Shown piece by piece: positions 38,030 through 51,745 of a DNA stretch of 64,000 bases. The number at the start of each line of letters is the position of its first letter. The first letter of the stretch is position 1. The stretch spans positions 117,242,001-117,306,000 of the forward strand of contig OZ024744.1 of the NCBI GenBank assembly GCA_964016885.1, written 5' to 3'. Below the pieces are notes generated by a model. The model did not search any database, was not told where the DNA came from, and saw only the letters and a list, made by a program, of their open reading frames with translations. The translations under genes and the position numbers were made by a program. This DNA comes from Eledone cirrhosa. Taxonomy: Eukaryota.

Positions 38030-39329
38030 TATAGACACACACACTATATATATACATATATACACACACACACTGATCGCCTCATAAGGACATAATGCAG
38101 ACTGTCAGGCATACAGACATATTATAAGGGTGCGACGTCATATCTATGTATCTATCTAAAAAGGGAAAGACTAAGACTAAGAGAGAAAGAGAGATTGCTG
38201 AATCGCCTAATGCGGTCCCTAGGGCATTGAAAATTTGAAATTTTTTTTGCTCAGAACACTCAATAGGACCATAAGTATTACATGTGTAAAGTTTGAAAAC
38301 AATCGGTTGGGTGGTTCTCGAGTTTTAGTGATTGGTCAGACAGACAGACAGACAAACAGACATTCTCTGTTTTAGTAATATAGATATTCGTGTACAGATA
38401 TTTTTGCATACACAAAAACAAAAACCTATTTATTTCACGAAAGCACAGACGGCTTATCGTCATTGTTACTGTTCGAGGTTAGAGGTCCAAGATCTGAGAA
38501 CCATCAATGGCCATCAATGTTCCACTTACCGTTTGGCTTGCCAGGTGCGTGGTATATTACATGATGACAGCTATTGGCACCTCACCCTGCAAGAAGCAGC
38601 AACTGCTAAAGTCCCTTCTTAGCTGCGAAAACGTTTTGCTATTATGCTGCACAACTGCGATCTCACCGACCCTCTCGCACTGTGGAACAACCACCGTGAA
38701 AGTCTAGCTGTGGACATCCTCCACTGCACACGCAAACACAATCCAAACGTAACATACAATGTCGTTTTCAATGAGGCGCTCATTTGTCTTGAAAACTGTC
38801 CTGGAGATTGGTGGTAGGCCTCTAAGTCACTACAGCTTACCTGCTCCTGACAGGAGTGTCCAGAGGTCAACGTCTACAGAGCTTCTCCGTGAGACGAGCT
38901 ATGAAATCAGTGATTCTCCCATGGTCAATTGTATGTAGGATGTTCTAGGGTGAGCTCGCCAAACAATCTCTTCATCTTTGCTCCGGAGGGCCGAACAAAA
39001 AATATTGTATACTCTGAGGCTCTAACAATGTAATTTAAATATTTTCTGTTACTTGGAATTTCCATTATGGTTGTACAAATTATTGTTTGTTAAAAAATGT
39101 GTTCTCTGTTCAGCCTTTATTGTTGTAACTATCAATTTTCTTTAACGTACTGGCTGCTGAACTGTGGAATCCTAAAAACTATTCAAACCCAACATCAGAG
39201 CACGTTACCCCCCACCCCCTCGCTGACTTGAGACGGCGTGCGGTATCTTTGCACTGGAGTGGAGGGGGATTCCTATAAAGATAAAATGCCGTAATACCTA
39301 GCCGAGCACCAGCCGGACAGGCCAGCTAG
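38030..39329 (+). mobile_element. Helitron deletion derivative with RepHel fragments; 5' segment inverted
   Basis: DLRTING..TYRLACQVRGILHDD..W..TLQEA; FSHGQLYVGCSRV..TKNIVY.EAL (PIF1 helicase end); 3' GC hairpin then CTAG at 39326-39329. Confidence 0.85.
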
Positions 39330-39639
39330 TATATATATATAGTATATATAGTTGTGATGTCACTGGTACCAAGCTGTATCAGACATTACCTTTCCCTTGG
39401 ACAACATCATATATTATATACCATGTCTGCACCATTACATACCTCTCTATATATCTCTGGTTCCTCAGTACACTTACATTCTGCCATTCATACCCTAGTG
39501 ACTTTATACATCCATTGGAGTATATTCTCCTCATTACTTTCCAGCCTTCAAATAATTCTCTAGAATCAGCACCCATGATTTATTGCCATGTATCAACATC
39601 ACAAATCATACACAAACATTATGCTGTCTGTTCTTCATT

Positions 39640-40345
39640 CAGATAGAGAGAAAAACCACTTGTTGCTGTCTTTAATTCAGCTTCTGTACTTTCCTAACAT
39701 ATCCCACTACTGCTGATTAGGTCACCTAGGTAGTAGAAACTATCAACTACTGTTAATTACTTTGTATCTATTACATATGAAACCTTCCTCTATCAGCCTG
39801 CCTATGATCCCACTGTATCTCTTGTGCACCCACAGTTTACATTGAATTGACTCTATACAACTCCTACATATTGAGCACAACCACTTCCTAGTTGGTGGAA
39901 GTTTTGTTTTCTTTCCAGATAACTGAAACTTTTATTTTTGTTAAATTGACTTTCAATTCTAGGCCCAGCTATCACGTTTGGAACTTTGCTTCTAATTCAA
40001 GAACTGTGAGAACTAGGTTGACTGAATACAGGAGTTTCCACAGGTAACCAATATTAAACTCCTTGCTATGGAGAAATATACTAAACAGGAAAGGGCTGAG
40101 AATTGAGCCCAAATGGACACCTGCCTGCATTTTGAAATTCCTCACTGAGCTCATTGTTGACTCTCACTTTGCTATTGGCACACTTGAATATACCTTGCAC
40201 GGCTCCAAAGCCATGAGTCCTCTACCACCACAGTTCTCAATAACCACCACACTATACAACATGGAACCCTGTTAAAGACTTTCTTCAAGTAAACAAATTC
40301 TAGATATAATGGTTTGTTTTGGCTAAGAATTTCTCTTGTTGTTGC
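39640..40345 (-). mobile_element. old RTE LINE remnant
   Basis: NKPLYLEFVYLKKVFNRVP; GVHLGSILSPFLF; homologous to 57844-58762. Confidence 0.75.
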
Positions 40346-40359
40346 ATCATTAAAATAAA

Positions 40360-41788
40360 GTAAAGTGGTCATGTAGGTGTCACGACAAAAAGTACCCAGT
40401 ACACACTGTAAAGTGGTCATGTAGGTGTCACAACAAAAAGTACCCAGTACACACTGTAAAGTGGTCATGTAGGTGTCACAACAAAAAGTACCCAGTACAC
40501 TGTAAAGTGGTCATGTAGGTGTCACAACAAAAAGTACCCAGTACACTGTAAAGTGGTCATGTAGGTGTCACAACAAAAAGTACTCAGTACACACTGTAAA
40601 GTGGTCATGTAGGTGTCACAACAAAAAGTACCCAGTACACACTGTAAAGTGGTCATGTAGGTGTCACAACAAAAAGTACCCAGTACACACTGTAAAGTGG
40701 TCATGTAGGTGTCACAACAAAAAGTACCCAGTACACTGTAAAGTGGTCATGTAGGTGTCACAACAAAAAGTACTCAGTACACACTGTAAAGTGGTCATGT
40801 AGGTGTCACAACAAAAAGTACCCAGTACACACTGTAAAGTGGTCATGTAGGTGTCACAACAAAAAGTACCCAGTACACACTGTAAAGTGGTCATGTAGGT
40901 GTCATAACAAAAGTACCCAATACACACTGTACAGTGGTCATGTAGGTGTCACAACAAAAGTACCCAGTACACACTGTAAAGTGGTCATGTAGGTGTCAGA
41001 ACAAAAAGTACCCAGTACACACTGTAAAGTGGTCATGTAGGTGTCATAACAAAAGTACCCAGTACACACTGTAAAGTGGCCATGTAGGTGTCATAACAAA
41101 AGTACCCAGTACACACTGTAAAGTGGTCATGTAGGTGTCACAACAAAAAGTACCCAGTACACTGTAAAGTGGTCATGTAGGTGTCACAACAAAAAGTACT
41201 CAGTACACACTGTAAAGTGGTCATGTAGGTGTCACAACAAAAAGTACCCAGTACACACTGTAAAGTGGTCATGTAGGTGTCACAACAAAAAGTACCCAGT
41301 ACACACTGTAAAGTGGTCATGTAGGTGTCATAACAAAAGTACCCAATACACACTGTACAGTGGTCATGTAGGTGTCACAACAAAAGTACCCAGTACACAC
41401 TGTAAAGTGGTCATGTAGGTGTCAGAACAAAAAGTACCCAGTACACACTGTAAAGTGGTCATGTAGGTGTCACAACAAAAAGTACCCAGTACACACTGTA
41501 AAGTGGTCATGTAGGTGTCACAACAAAAGTACCCAGTACACACTGTAAAGTGGTCATGTAGGTGTCACAACAAAAAGTACTCAGTACACACTGTAAAGTG
41601 GTCATGTAGGTGTCACAACAAAAAGTACCCAGTACACACTGTAAAGTGGTCATGTAGGTGTCACAACAAAAAGTACCCAGTACACACTGTAAAGTGGTCA
41701 TGTAGGTGTCACAACAAAAAGTACCCAGTACACACTGTAAAGTGGTCATGTAGGTGTCACAACAAAAAGTACCCAGTACACACTGTAG
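40360..41788 (+). repeat. 48-bp minisatellite, ~30 copies, from SINE body
   Basis: GTAAAGTGGTCATGTAGGTGTCACAACAAAAAGTACCCAGTACACACT versus SINE 21110-21160 GCAAAGTGGTCGTGGAGGTGCCACGGCAAAAAAGCACCCAGCACTCACT; SINE tail continues to ~41935. Confidence 0.95.
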
Positions 41789-42481
41789 ATGTGGTTAGTG
41801 TTAGGAAAGACAACCAGCTGTAGAAACCAAGCCAGAAACAGTTCTACATGAGCAAGATATGGTCACGCGACCTGACTTGTCTTACAACAGGACATTTCAT
41901 CTAACCCATGCTAACGTGGAAAAATAATGATAATTAAAAAAAAGGTGATCAGTGATGTGAAACTGCATCACATCTCAGTTCTCTTATTGTTTACATATCT
42001 CAATCAGTTCTCTCTCTTTGTTGTAATTCTCTCCATCAAATTGAATGTCTCTGCTGTTATTTCTTTATGAATCATATCCCATAACCATTCACAATGGGAC
42101 TGCTAAACCAGTCATTAGGGATAACACCTTTCTGATTTACCTGATTCATTATACAAGTAACAAAAGCCTTGTCAGATACTTGGCTTGATATTTTTAACAT
42201 CTCAGGACTTCATATCCTCAATGGTCCATTTATACCAAATAGTAGAAAATCTCAATAGCTGGTCCTTCTGTTGGAGCCACTAGAATAGTCCTCCCCCAAC
42301 CCCCCAACCCCAGTTTGGCAAGCTTTCTATGGCTGGATGTCCTTCCTATCACCAACTACTTTACAGTGTGATAAACTTCTTTGTTTATTCATCACTATAG
42401 ATCTTAGAATGATATAATCTAATTACTAAAAGTTTATCACATTTAGAAGATAATATTGAATATTAAAATTAAAATCCTATT

Positions 42482-42652
42482 TTTAAACCAGCTGTAACTG
42501 GCCACTCATACAGATGTTAAGGTATTGTTCTCAAAACATATAATATCAAAATCTTGTAGATTCGATATTATGTGAGTTAATTATGTGAAATAAAGACTTT
42601 GCCATGAAAATACAATAGTATATATAGAGTAATGTAAAAGCTAAAGGGTTAA
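42482..42652 (-). mobile_element. unexpanded partial copy of the TTAA MITE
   Basis: Single 72-bp-type segment, ends GCTAAAGGGTTAA. Confidence 0.7.
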
Positions 42653-43164
42653 TGTGGTTTGTTGTGTCACAGGAGGTTGAGTGTTAATTCAAATGTTTAC
42701 AGTATCTTTACCAATTGACAGATCATTCTTGGACATAATTTAACTCTGACAACATTATCCAACATGTCTTTCTCATTTTATTTAAAAGACACTAGTATGT
42801 ATGTAATTTATGAAAGATATGGCTGCTATTTCTACCACAACGAGTCACCAGACACCGACTTCCTCTAGGGAAGATAAATACGATAAAAAACATATATTTA
42901 TTAGTTTATTATTAGCAGATTATTTTTGTATAACATCCATTTTTTCCCTTCTTCTTCTGATATTCACGTAGATAGAACAATGTTACTATATCAGTAAAGA
43001 GAAGATTGCCAGATCTGAGCTAAATTTAAACCTTTATTACACTTTCTGGCAACCGTCTCAACAAGATATAAATTGCAGCTATAACTGCCAATATTACAAA
43101 CAATAAATCACAAATAAATAATAATGATGATGATGAGGATGATGATGATGGTGATGATTATTAT

Positions 43165-43642
43165 TATTGGTAGTATCGGTAGAGCGTCGGACAAAATGCT
43201 TTGCGGCATAGAGTTATGGCCTTTTATGTCCTGAGTTGAAATTCCACTGAGGTTAGCCTTGCATTTTATCCTTATGTGCTTGATAAAATAAAGTACGTGT
43301 AATGCACAAGGGTCAATTTAAACAACTTTCCCCTTCCCTAGAATTGCTGGCCTTGTGCCTACAGCAGAAATCATTATTATTATTATTATTATCTCATATT
43401 ACAAGTGTATAATCTGTTTTATAATTATTTTGTGGTGATTTTTTTCATATGATAATGATTCTTCCAGTATCGGTAGAGGGTCTGACGCCATGCTTTGTAG
43501 CAAAGAGTTACGGTCCTTTATGGTCGGAGTTCAAATCCCGCCGAGGTTAACTTTGCCTTTCATCCTTACAGGGTAGTTAAATAAAGTATCAGTAATGTAC
43601 TGAGATAATTGCTGGCCTTGTGCCAAAAGGAGAAACAATTAT
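43165..43642 (+). mobile_element. two Nin/Deu-type SINE copies (~43165-43380 and ~43463-43642)
   Basis: Match to 8208-8396. Confidence 0.8.
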
Positions 43643-43645
43643 TTC

Positions 43646-45066
43646 ATGTCTGTTCTGTGATAGTAAGGGTTGTATTGGATCTGTCGCTCTGTCAGGGAAA
43701 CATCTGTTCTGTGATAGTAAGGGTTGTATTGGATCTGTCGCTCTGTCAGGGAAACATCTGTTCTGTGATAGTAAGGGTTGTATTGGATCTGTCGCTCTGT
43801 CAGGGAAACATCTGTTCTGTGATAGTAAGGGTTGTATTGGATCTGTTACTCTGTCAGGGAAACATCTGTTCTGTGATAGTAAGGGTTGTATTGGATCTGT
43901 CGCTCTGTCAGGGAAACATCTGTTCTGTGATAGTAAGGGTTGTATTGGATCTGTCGCTCTGTCAGGGAAACATCTGTTCTGTGATAGTAAGGGTTGTATT
44001 GGATCTGTCGCTCTGTCAGGGAAACATCTGTTCTGTGATAGTAAGGGTTGTATTGGATCTGTCGCTCTGTCAGGGAAACATCTGTTCTGTGATAGTAAGG
44101 GTTGTATTGGATCTGTCGCTCTGTCAGGGAAACATCTGTTCTGTGATAGTAAGGGTTGTATTGGATCTGTCGCTCTGTCAGGGAAACATCTGTTCTGTGA
44201 TAGTAAGGGTTGTATTGGATCTGTCGCTCTGTCAGGGAAACATCTGTTCTGTGATAGTAAGGGTTGTATTGGATCTGTCGCTCTGTCAGGGAAACATCTG
44301 TTCTGTGATAGTAAGGGTTGTATTGGATCTGTCGCTCTGTCAGGGAAACATCTGTTCTGTGATAGTAAGGGTTGTATTGGATCTGTTACTCTGTCAGGGA
44401 AACATCTGTTCTGTGATAGTAAGGGTTGTATTGGATCTGTCACTCTGTCAGGGAAACATCTGTTCTGTGATAGTAAGGGTTGTATTGGATCTGTTGCTCT
44501 GTCAGGGAAACATCTGTTCTGTGATAGTAAGGGTTGTATTGGATCTGTCGCTCTGTCAGGGAAACATCTGTTCTGTGATAGTAAGGGTTGTATTGGATCT
44601 GTCGCTCTGTCAGGGAAACATCTGTTCTGTGATAGTAAGGGTTGTATTGGATCTGTCGCTCTGTCAGGGAAACATCTGTTCTGTGATAGTAAGGGTTGTA
44701 TTGGATCTGTCGCTCTGTCAGGGAAACATCTGTTCTGTGATAGTAAGGGTTGTATTGGATCTGTCGCTCTGTCAGGGAAACATCTGTTCTGTGATAGTAA
44801 GGGTTGTATTGGATCTGTCGCTCTGTCAGGGAAACATCTGTTCTGTGATAGTAAGGGTTGTATTGGATCTGTCGCTCTGTCAGGGAAACATCTGTTCTGT
44901 GATAGTAAGGGTTGTATTGGATCTGTTACTCTGTCAGGGAAACATCTGTTCTGTGATAGTAAGGGTTGTATTGGATCTGTCGCTCTGTCAGGGAAACATC
45001 TGTTCTGTGATAGTAAGGGTTGTATTGGATCTGTCGCTCTGTCAGGGAAACATCTGTTCTGTGATA
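43646..45066. repeat. 54-bp minisatellite, ~26 near-identical copies
   Basis: CTGTTCTGTGATAGTAAGGGTTGTATTGGATCTGTCGCTCTGTCAGGGAAACAT; 18-aa periodic ORFs. Confidence 0.97.
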
Positions 45067-45102
45067 GACTTATATTTAAAATCTCCCACATTTTAAGATG
45101 CG

Positions 45103-46025
45103 TGAGGCAGCCAAAGTGTTCCAATGACCACCACGGTCAGTTCATCCCATGTATGAGACACATGAGGCAGCCAAAGTGTTCCAATGACCATCACGGTCAG
45201 TTCCATCCCATGTATGAGACACATGAGGCAGCCAAAGTGTTCCAATGACCATCACGGTCAGTTCCATCCCATGTATGAGACACATGAGGCAGCCAAAGTG
45301 TTCCAATGACCATCACGGTCAGTTCCATTCCATGTATGAGACACATGAGGCAGCCAAAGTGTTCCAATGACCACCACGGTCAGTTCCATTCCATGTATGA
45401 GACACATGAGGCAGCCAAAGTGTTCCAATGACCATCACGGTCAGTTCCATCCCATGTATGAGACACATGAGGCAGCCAAAGTGTTCCAATGACCATCACG
45501 GTCAGTTCCATTCCATGTATGAGACACATGAGGCAGCCAAAGTGTTCCAATGACCATCACGGTCAGTTCCATCCCATGTATGAGACACATGAGGCAGCCA
45601 AAGTGTTCCAATGACCATCACGGTCAGTTCCATTCCATGTATGAGACACATGAGGCAGCCAAAGTGTTCCAATGACCACCACGGTCAGTTCCATTCCATG
45701 TATGAGACACATGAGGCAGCCAAAGTGTTCCAATGACCATCACGGTCAGTTCCATCCCATGTATGAGACGCATGAGGCAGCCAAAGTGTTCCAATGACCA
45801 TCACGGTCAGTTATATCCCATGTATGAGCCACATGAGGCAACCAAAGTGTTCCAATGACCATCACGGTCAGTTCCATCCCATGTATGAGACGCATGAGGC
45901 AACCAAAGTGTTCCAATGACCATCACGGTCAGTTCCATCCCATGTATGAGACACATGAGGCAACCAAAGTGTTCCAATGACCACCACGGTCAGTTCCATT
46001 CCATGTATGAGACACATGAGGCAGC
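45103..46025. repeat. 61-bp minisatellite, ~15 copies
   Basis: GAGGCAGCCAAAGTGTTCCAATGACCATCACGG at 45164, 45225 ... Confidence 0.97.
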
Positions 46026-46029
46026 TAAA

Positions 46030-46270
46030 ATACTACTGGCTCTACTACAGATCTATCAGAGAGATGCTGATACTTGGACAGTTTATCATTTTTGACCTGA
46101 CGGGCAGAGAAGCCTGGGCTGGTCACCAACTCTGCCCCAATAATAGCAAGTAGGTGTGTGGTCTGGAGGCCAAGGGCACAAGAAGTCTCCACTATTACAG
46201 GCTCAACCACAAATCTATCAGAAAGATGCTGATACTTGGACAATCTGCCCTCCTCGGCCTCGTGGGCAGA
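46030..46270 (-). mobile_element. CRE-like LINE endonuclease fragment (related piece at 49270-49440)
   Basis: KLSKYQHLSDRFVVEPVIVETSCALG; PVAVETSAVLG. Confidence 0.6.
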
Positions 46271-46874
46271 TTAATGAACAAACTCTAAAGTCTCACAGAA
46301 AGATTTTCTAAAATTTATATTTAAAATTTATGGATCACAAAGGGGAGACAATTGTTCTAAATGTTACAAATTGCATTTTTATTTATGCTTTTCTTGTTCC
46401 TTTTCTTGTTCTCTCTTTCTGTTTACCTACTGCCCCCTAATTTAATGTCCATATCAACTGGTGTAAATATGTCATGATGACGTAGTAGCAACCTAATGTT
46501 AAAGGGACATAACCACCTTTAGTTTCTAATTAAGGTATTTTTTAGCTTTTCTGTATTAATCGATATCCCATTAATAATCTATATTTTTATCTTTATATTT
46601 ACTATATTATTTTTATTTGGGTCACCGTCACCTATTTAATTACTAACACCCCCCTCCCCTATTTTACTCTATGTGTGGTTATCTCTCTCATAAGATCTCC
46701 TCAGTTGTGTTAAGGGTATGAAGACATCATTAATGCTAGTGCTGTGATTTAATGCACCTAGTACACTCTGCTGGAATATATGTTTGCAATGATTTGTGAA
46801 AGTATGGGGTTTAGTGTTAAAGGAATTTGATTTGCAATCGTGGGGTTGAGAGTTTCATTTATTATTTTATGTGT

Positions 46875-47213
46875 CATTGGATGTACAATGTAAATGTGAG
46901 AGAAAGGCAGAGCTTGGATGGGCTGAGAGAGAAGCTGGGCTTAAGAGGAATCCGAGATGGTGTGCAGGAGAGAAGACTGCGTTGATATGGACATGATACA
47001 TATGGACAATGCCCGATAGGTGAAGAAATGCCAATAAATCCCAGTGGAAGGCAGCTCAGCAAGACCTGGGCAGAGGTGGTGAGAGTTGACCTGAAATCAC
47101 TGAAACTGGCAGAGGAGATGACAAAGAAATACGACAAGTGGAGAGATGCTCTGTCGAGAAGGATCTGTCTAACCCAAATGTGAAAAAGCAGGCATAAAAA
47201 TGATGATGAGGAT
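46875..47213 (+). mobile_element. RTE LINE 3' fragment
   Basis: LREKLGLRGIRDGVQERRLR*YGH; KTWAEVVRVDLKSLKL; GATGATGA tail. Confidence 0.8.
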
Positions 47214-47219
47214 GTTGCT

Positions 47220-48062
47220 CTTTCTGTCAGGAGTTGTAACATACAGATAGTATCAACAATAGAAAGACCAATAGAAACATTGTTTACTTGGTCTGATCTG
47301 ATGATCAGCTCCTTTCTACTGCCATTAGTTGTGACTGACAGATAGTATCAACAATAGAAAGACCAATAGAAACATTGTTTCTTTGGTCTGATCTGATGAT
47401 CAGCTCCTTTCTTCTGTCAGGAGTTGTGACTGACAGATAGTATCAACAATAGAAAGACCAATAGAAACATTGTTTACTTGGTCTGATCTGATGATCAGCT
47501 CTTTTCTACTGCCAGTAGTTGTGACTGACAGATAGTATCAACAATAGAAAGATGAATAGAAACATTGTTTCTTTGGTCTGATCTGATGATCAGCTCCTTT
47601 CTACTGCCAGTAGTCGTGACTGACAGATAGTATCAACAATAGAAAGACGAATAGAAACATTGTTTCTTTGGTCTGATCTGATGATCAGCTCCTTTCTACT
47701 GCCAGTAGTCGTGACTGACAGATAGTATCAACAATAGAAAGACGAATAGAAACATTGTTTTCTTGGTCTGATCTGATGATCAGCTCCTTTCTTCTGTCAG
47801 GAGTTGTGACTGACAGATAGTATCAACAATAGAAAGACCAATAGAAACATTGTTTCCTTGGTCAGATCTGATGATCAACTCCTTTCTTCTGCCAGGTGTT
47901 GTGACTGACAGATAGTATCAACAATAGAAAGACCAATAGAAACATTGTTTCTTTCATCTGATCTGAGGATCAGCACCTTTCTTCTGTCAGGAGTTGTGAC
48001 TGACAAATAGTATCAACAATAGAAAGACCAATAGAAACATAGTTTCCTTGGTCTGATCTGAC
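47220..48062 (+). repeat. 95-bp minisatellite, ~9 copies, from SINE body
   Basis: CAGATAGTATCAACAATAG at 47244, 47339, 47434; aligns to 12810-12897. Confidence 0.93.
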
Positions 48063-48394
48063 AAGTTCCACTTCACTCAGCGAGGTCTGGGATCTTGTTG
48101 ATTCAGTCGGTGACTTATGATGATTGGGTGAACCATGCCAGCTTTGAAAAACAGATGTTAAATAATGTTGAGAAATTGATTTTCTTGGCACAGATGTATC
48201 CTCACAAGTTCTTATACAGTTGGAATTCATCACCTGGTACTAATAACACTCCCTACCCCGTCCACCCCCTGACATATGTAAAAGATGTACCTGTAATTAA
48301 GATCAGTTCAAAGTGATTGGTTCAGGTGTAATGGAACTAATATTGGTATAATTGTTTCTACTGAGTCAAATGGCTTGCATTGATCTTCAGCAGT

Positions 48395-48768
48395 CTAGTT
48401 GTTGTTGTAGTAGTTGTAGTGGTGGTGGTGGTGGTGGTAGTAGTAGTAGCAGTGGTGGTGGTGGTGATGGTGGTGGTAGTATTAGTAGTAGTGGTGGTGG
48501 TAGTGGTTGTAGTGGTGGTGGTGGTGGTTGTAGTAGTAGTAGTGGTGGTGGTAGTAATAGTAGTAATAGTGGTGGTGGTTATAGTAGTGGTGGTGGTGGT
48601 GGTGGTGGTGGTTGGTGATGATAGTGGTTGTAGTGGTGGTGGTTGTAGTATTGGTGGTGGTGGTAGTGGTGGTAGTAGTAGTGGTAGTGGTGGTGGTAGA
48701 AGTGGTGGTTGTGGTGGTGGTGGTGATAGTAGTAGTAGTGGTGGTGGTGGTGGTAGTAGTAGTAGTAA
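48395..48768. repeat. (GGT/AGT)n microsatellite
   Basis: Direct inspection. Confidence 0.9.
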
Positions 48769-49584
48769 CTGCTTTAGTAGTAATGTTGTTTACCCCCCTC
48801 ATACACACACAGCCCTGCCTCCACCCTGTCCCCCAGACAGCAGACTTACCATATCTAACCTATGATCATGCCATGTATTCATAAGAAATTGGATTATCAA
48901 ATATCAAAGAGATCCCTAAATATTTCTCATTAGAATGAAAAAAGGGGGCAGTGGGGACGGGGTGGGGGTAAGCAATCTTTCTCAAAGATTTTATCTAGAT
49001 AGGGAGATTGTTTTATATTTTATTCTTTTTATTTGTTTTCTGGTTTTATATCCAATTTTCCACACTGCCATGGTGGGGGTGGGGACTCTTCCTTTTATTT
49101 TTCTAAGAGTTGGAATGGTTGTTTTTACAGCTGTTTAGCTACCCTGGCATTGAATAAGGGTGGAACCTGTTGTTGGTGTTAGTGGAGTCTTAAAACCAAT
49201 ACTTACATAGTTTATCTTTAATACCTTGCTCAATTGGTCAGTCTCTTTCACTTTCCTCATCTCTCTCTATTATAAGCTAATAGGGGCCCACGCGCTGCCT
49301 CGCCACGGTCCCGACAGACAGCGGCATTGCAGATTGTGAGACTCACAGCTGTGGGTAGCCAACTCCGTGCCAATAGTAGTGAGTAGGCGGGTGGTCCTAG
49401 AGCCAAGGACAGCAGAAGTCTCCACTGCTACAGGCCAGTTGTAGTAGTGTCTGACCAACAGTACCTTGTTCAGTTGGTCAGTCACAGAACACTGCCAGAC
49501 CAATATATCAGACTCAATGGTATGAATAAAACCACCACAAGTTGAGCTAAACAACATCTAGAGGATGCTTTTATTGTTAAAATA

Positions 49585-50270
49585 TCAATCACCCTTAGGT
49601 GAGACAGCAAGCACAACTTCAGACCAACAGTCTCTGTTTACCATCAAGGTTTGTAGGTCTTCCTTGTCAATTCCAGTGTCTTTTGCTATGGTATCCTGGT
49701 TATCTTTCTGGTAGAAAGATCTCCCACAACAAGAGGTCTGAAACCATCTTATCTTTGGTGTGGAAGCAGTGACCAACAAACCTTGTACAACGTTCAATCA
49801 GTCATGTATTTACTTTGGTTTTTTTTTTCATATATCTGATTAAGCAGTGGATAGGTCTGCCATGCTAAATACTTCCTCAATTCACATCGCACCATCTTTA
49901 AAAAAAAAACTTGGATAATATTAGATAATTTAGATTGTTTGATAATAAGCTGGGATGGTAACAGCTGGAACAGTCTTGACCATAGGTTTAACTTTAGTTA
50001 AACAGCACCACAAGGGAATGGACAATTTTGATTACAATGTGTGACTGTATGGGAACCGTCGTTCAGTATCAGACATCATCAAAGAGAGTAAAGTCAGATT
50101 TGCAGGGTGTTACTGGAGAGCTAAAAATGAAATTGTTAGTGAAGGAAGAGCTGGCAAAGGATACCAAGACCTTTATCAAGCAGATTTGTGATGACATAGA
50201 CTGCAATTACCTACCAAATATGGTGAACAATAGACTTGAACGGTGACTGAGAGTCACAGGAATCCAACCT
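49585..50270. mobile_element. two short RTE-like LINE 3' remnants (49585-49800 minus, 50045-50270 plus)
   Basis: DTIAKDTGIDKEDLQTLMVNRDCW; LYGN..SDIIKE.KVRFAG..WRAKNE. Confidence 0.5.
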
Positions 50271-50324
50271 ATTGCTTGACGTATAGCTAGCTTAGTCCCC
50301 AAACAGGGGCAACAGTCAAAGTTT

Positions 50325-50890
50325 CAACTCATAATTCTTATAACATAACCTGGTTTCTATATTGAGCTCTGTGATATAACCAGGCTCAACTCTATAACAC
50401 AGTGGTTTATATATTGAGCTCAATAATATATCCAGGCTCAACTGTATAACACGGTGGTTTATAAATTAAGCTCAATAATATATCCAGTCTCAACTGTATA
50501 ACAGCCTGGTTTATATATTGAACTCTGTGATATAACCAATCTAAACTCTATAACATAACCTGGTTTATATATTGAACTCAATAATATAACCAGGCTCAAC
50601 TCTATAACAGCCGGGTTTATATATTGAGCTCAATAATATATCAAGTCTCAACTCTATAACAGCCTGGTTTATATATTGAGATCTGTGATATATCCAGGCT
50701 CAACTGTATAACAGCCTGGTTTATATATTGAGCTCTATAATATATCCAGGCTCAACTCTATAACACTGGTTTATATATTGAGCTCAATAATATATCCAGT
50801 CTCAACTCTATATACAGCCTGGTTTATATATTGAGATCTGCGATATATCCAGACTCAACTCTATAACACGGTGGTTTATATATTGAGCTT
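50325..50890. repeat. degenerate ~54-bp minisatellite, ~10 copies
   Basis: GGTTTATATATTGAGCTC..ATATCCAGGCTCAACT.TATAAC repeated; internal palindrome TATTGAGCTCAATA. Confidence 0.85.
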
Positions 50891-51745
50891 TTTGATATAG
50901 GATAAGGATAAAATCCCATAACTCCTTGTGGAGTCACAGAGGCACCATGAAACAGCATTTCTAGGGCACTTTTATACCTGATGGAGCCCAAACATCTCCA
51001 GATCTGAACCCAGTCGATGTTTTCTATAGAGGAACAATTGACCCCAGTACTGGACAGGTACTTTTTTATTGACCTCAGAAGGATGAAAGACAAATTTGAC
51101 CCCGGTGGGATTTGAAGTAAAGCATTCTATCTGACACCTTAACGACTCTGCCAATTTGCCACCTATAAAAATATATCCAGGTTCAATTCAGAACCAGTTT
51201 CAACTCTATAAGACAGCCTGGTTTATTTATATATTGAACTCAATAATATAGCCAAAAGCCCTTCATATGCAATGTATCAGTCTATAAAGGAATCATACCT
51301 TCTATTGCTATTGACAACCTATTGTAAAACTGTTAAAATAGTTATAGCTTTGCTTTTCTATATTGTTAATCCGGTTTTCATTTCATTTTTCTATCTATAT
51401 ACAGTTCTACACCATATACTATATATTCTAACCCTATCTATATACAGTTCTAGACCATATACTATATATTACCCTATCTATATACAGTTCTAGACCATAT
51501 ACTATATATTACCCTATCTATATACAGTTCTACACCATATACTATATTCTAACCCTATCTATATACTGTTCTACACCATATACTATATTCTAACCCTATC
51601 TATATACTGTTCTACACCATATACTATATTCTAACCCTATCTATATACTGTTCTACACCATATACTATATATTACCCTATCTATAGACTGTTCTACACCA
51701 TATACTATATATTACCCTATCTATAGACTGTTCTACACCATATAC

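Noticed and set aside
43589-45248. Three ~500-aa repeat ORFs
   Set aside because: Result of a 54-bp unit divisible by three; plus-strand starts lie in a SINE tail; no recognisable domain.
47220-48062. Retrozyme-like array (CTGATGA and GAAA in each unit)
   Set aside because: Stems I and II and a valid NUH site cannot be formed; the unit aligns to a SINE body lacking CTGATGA.
48095-48316. 73-aa non-repetitive ORF; also 22156-22341
   Set aside because: No recognisable homology or convincing splice pair.
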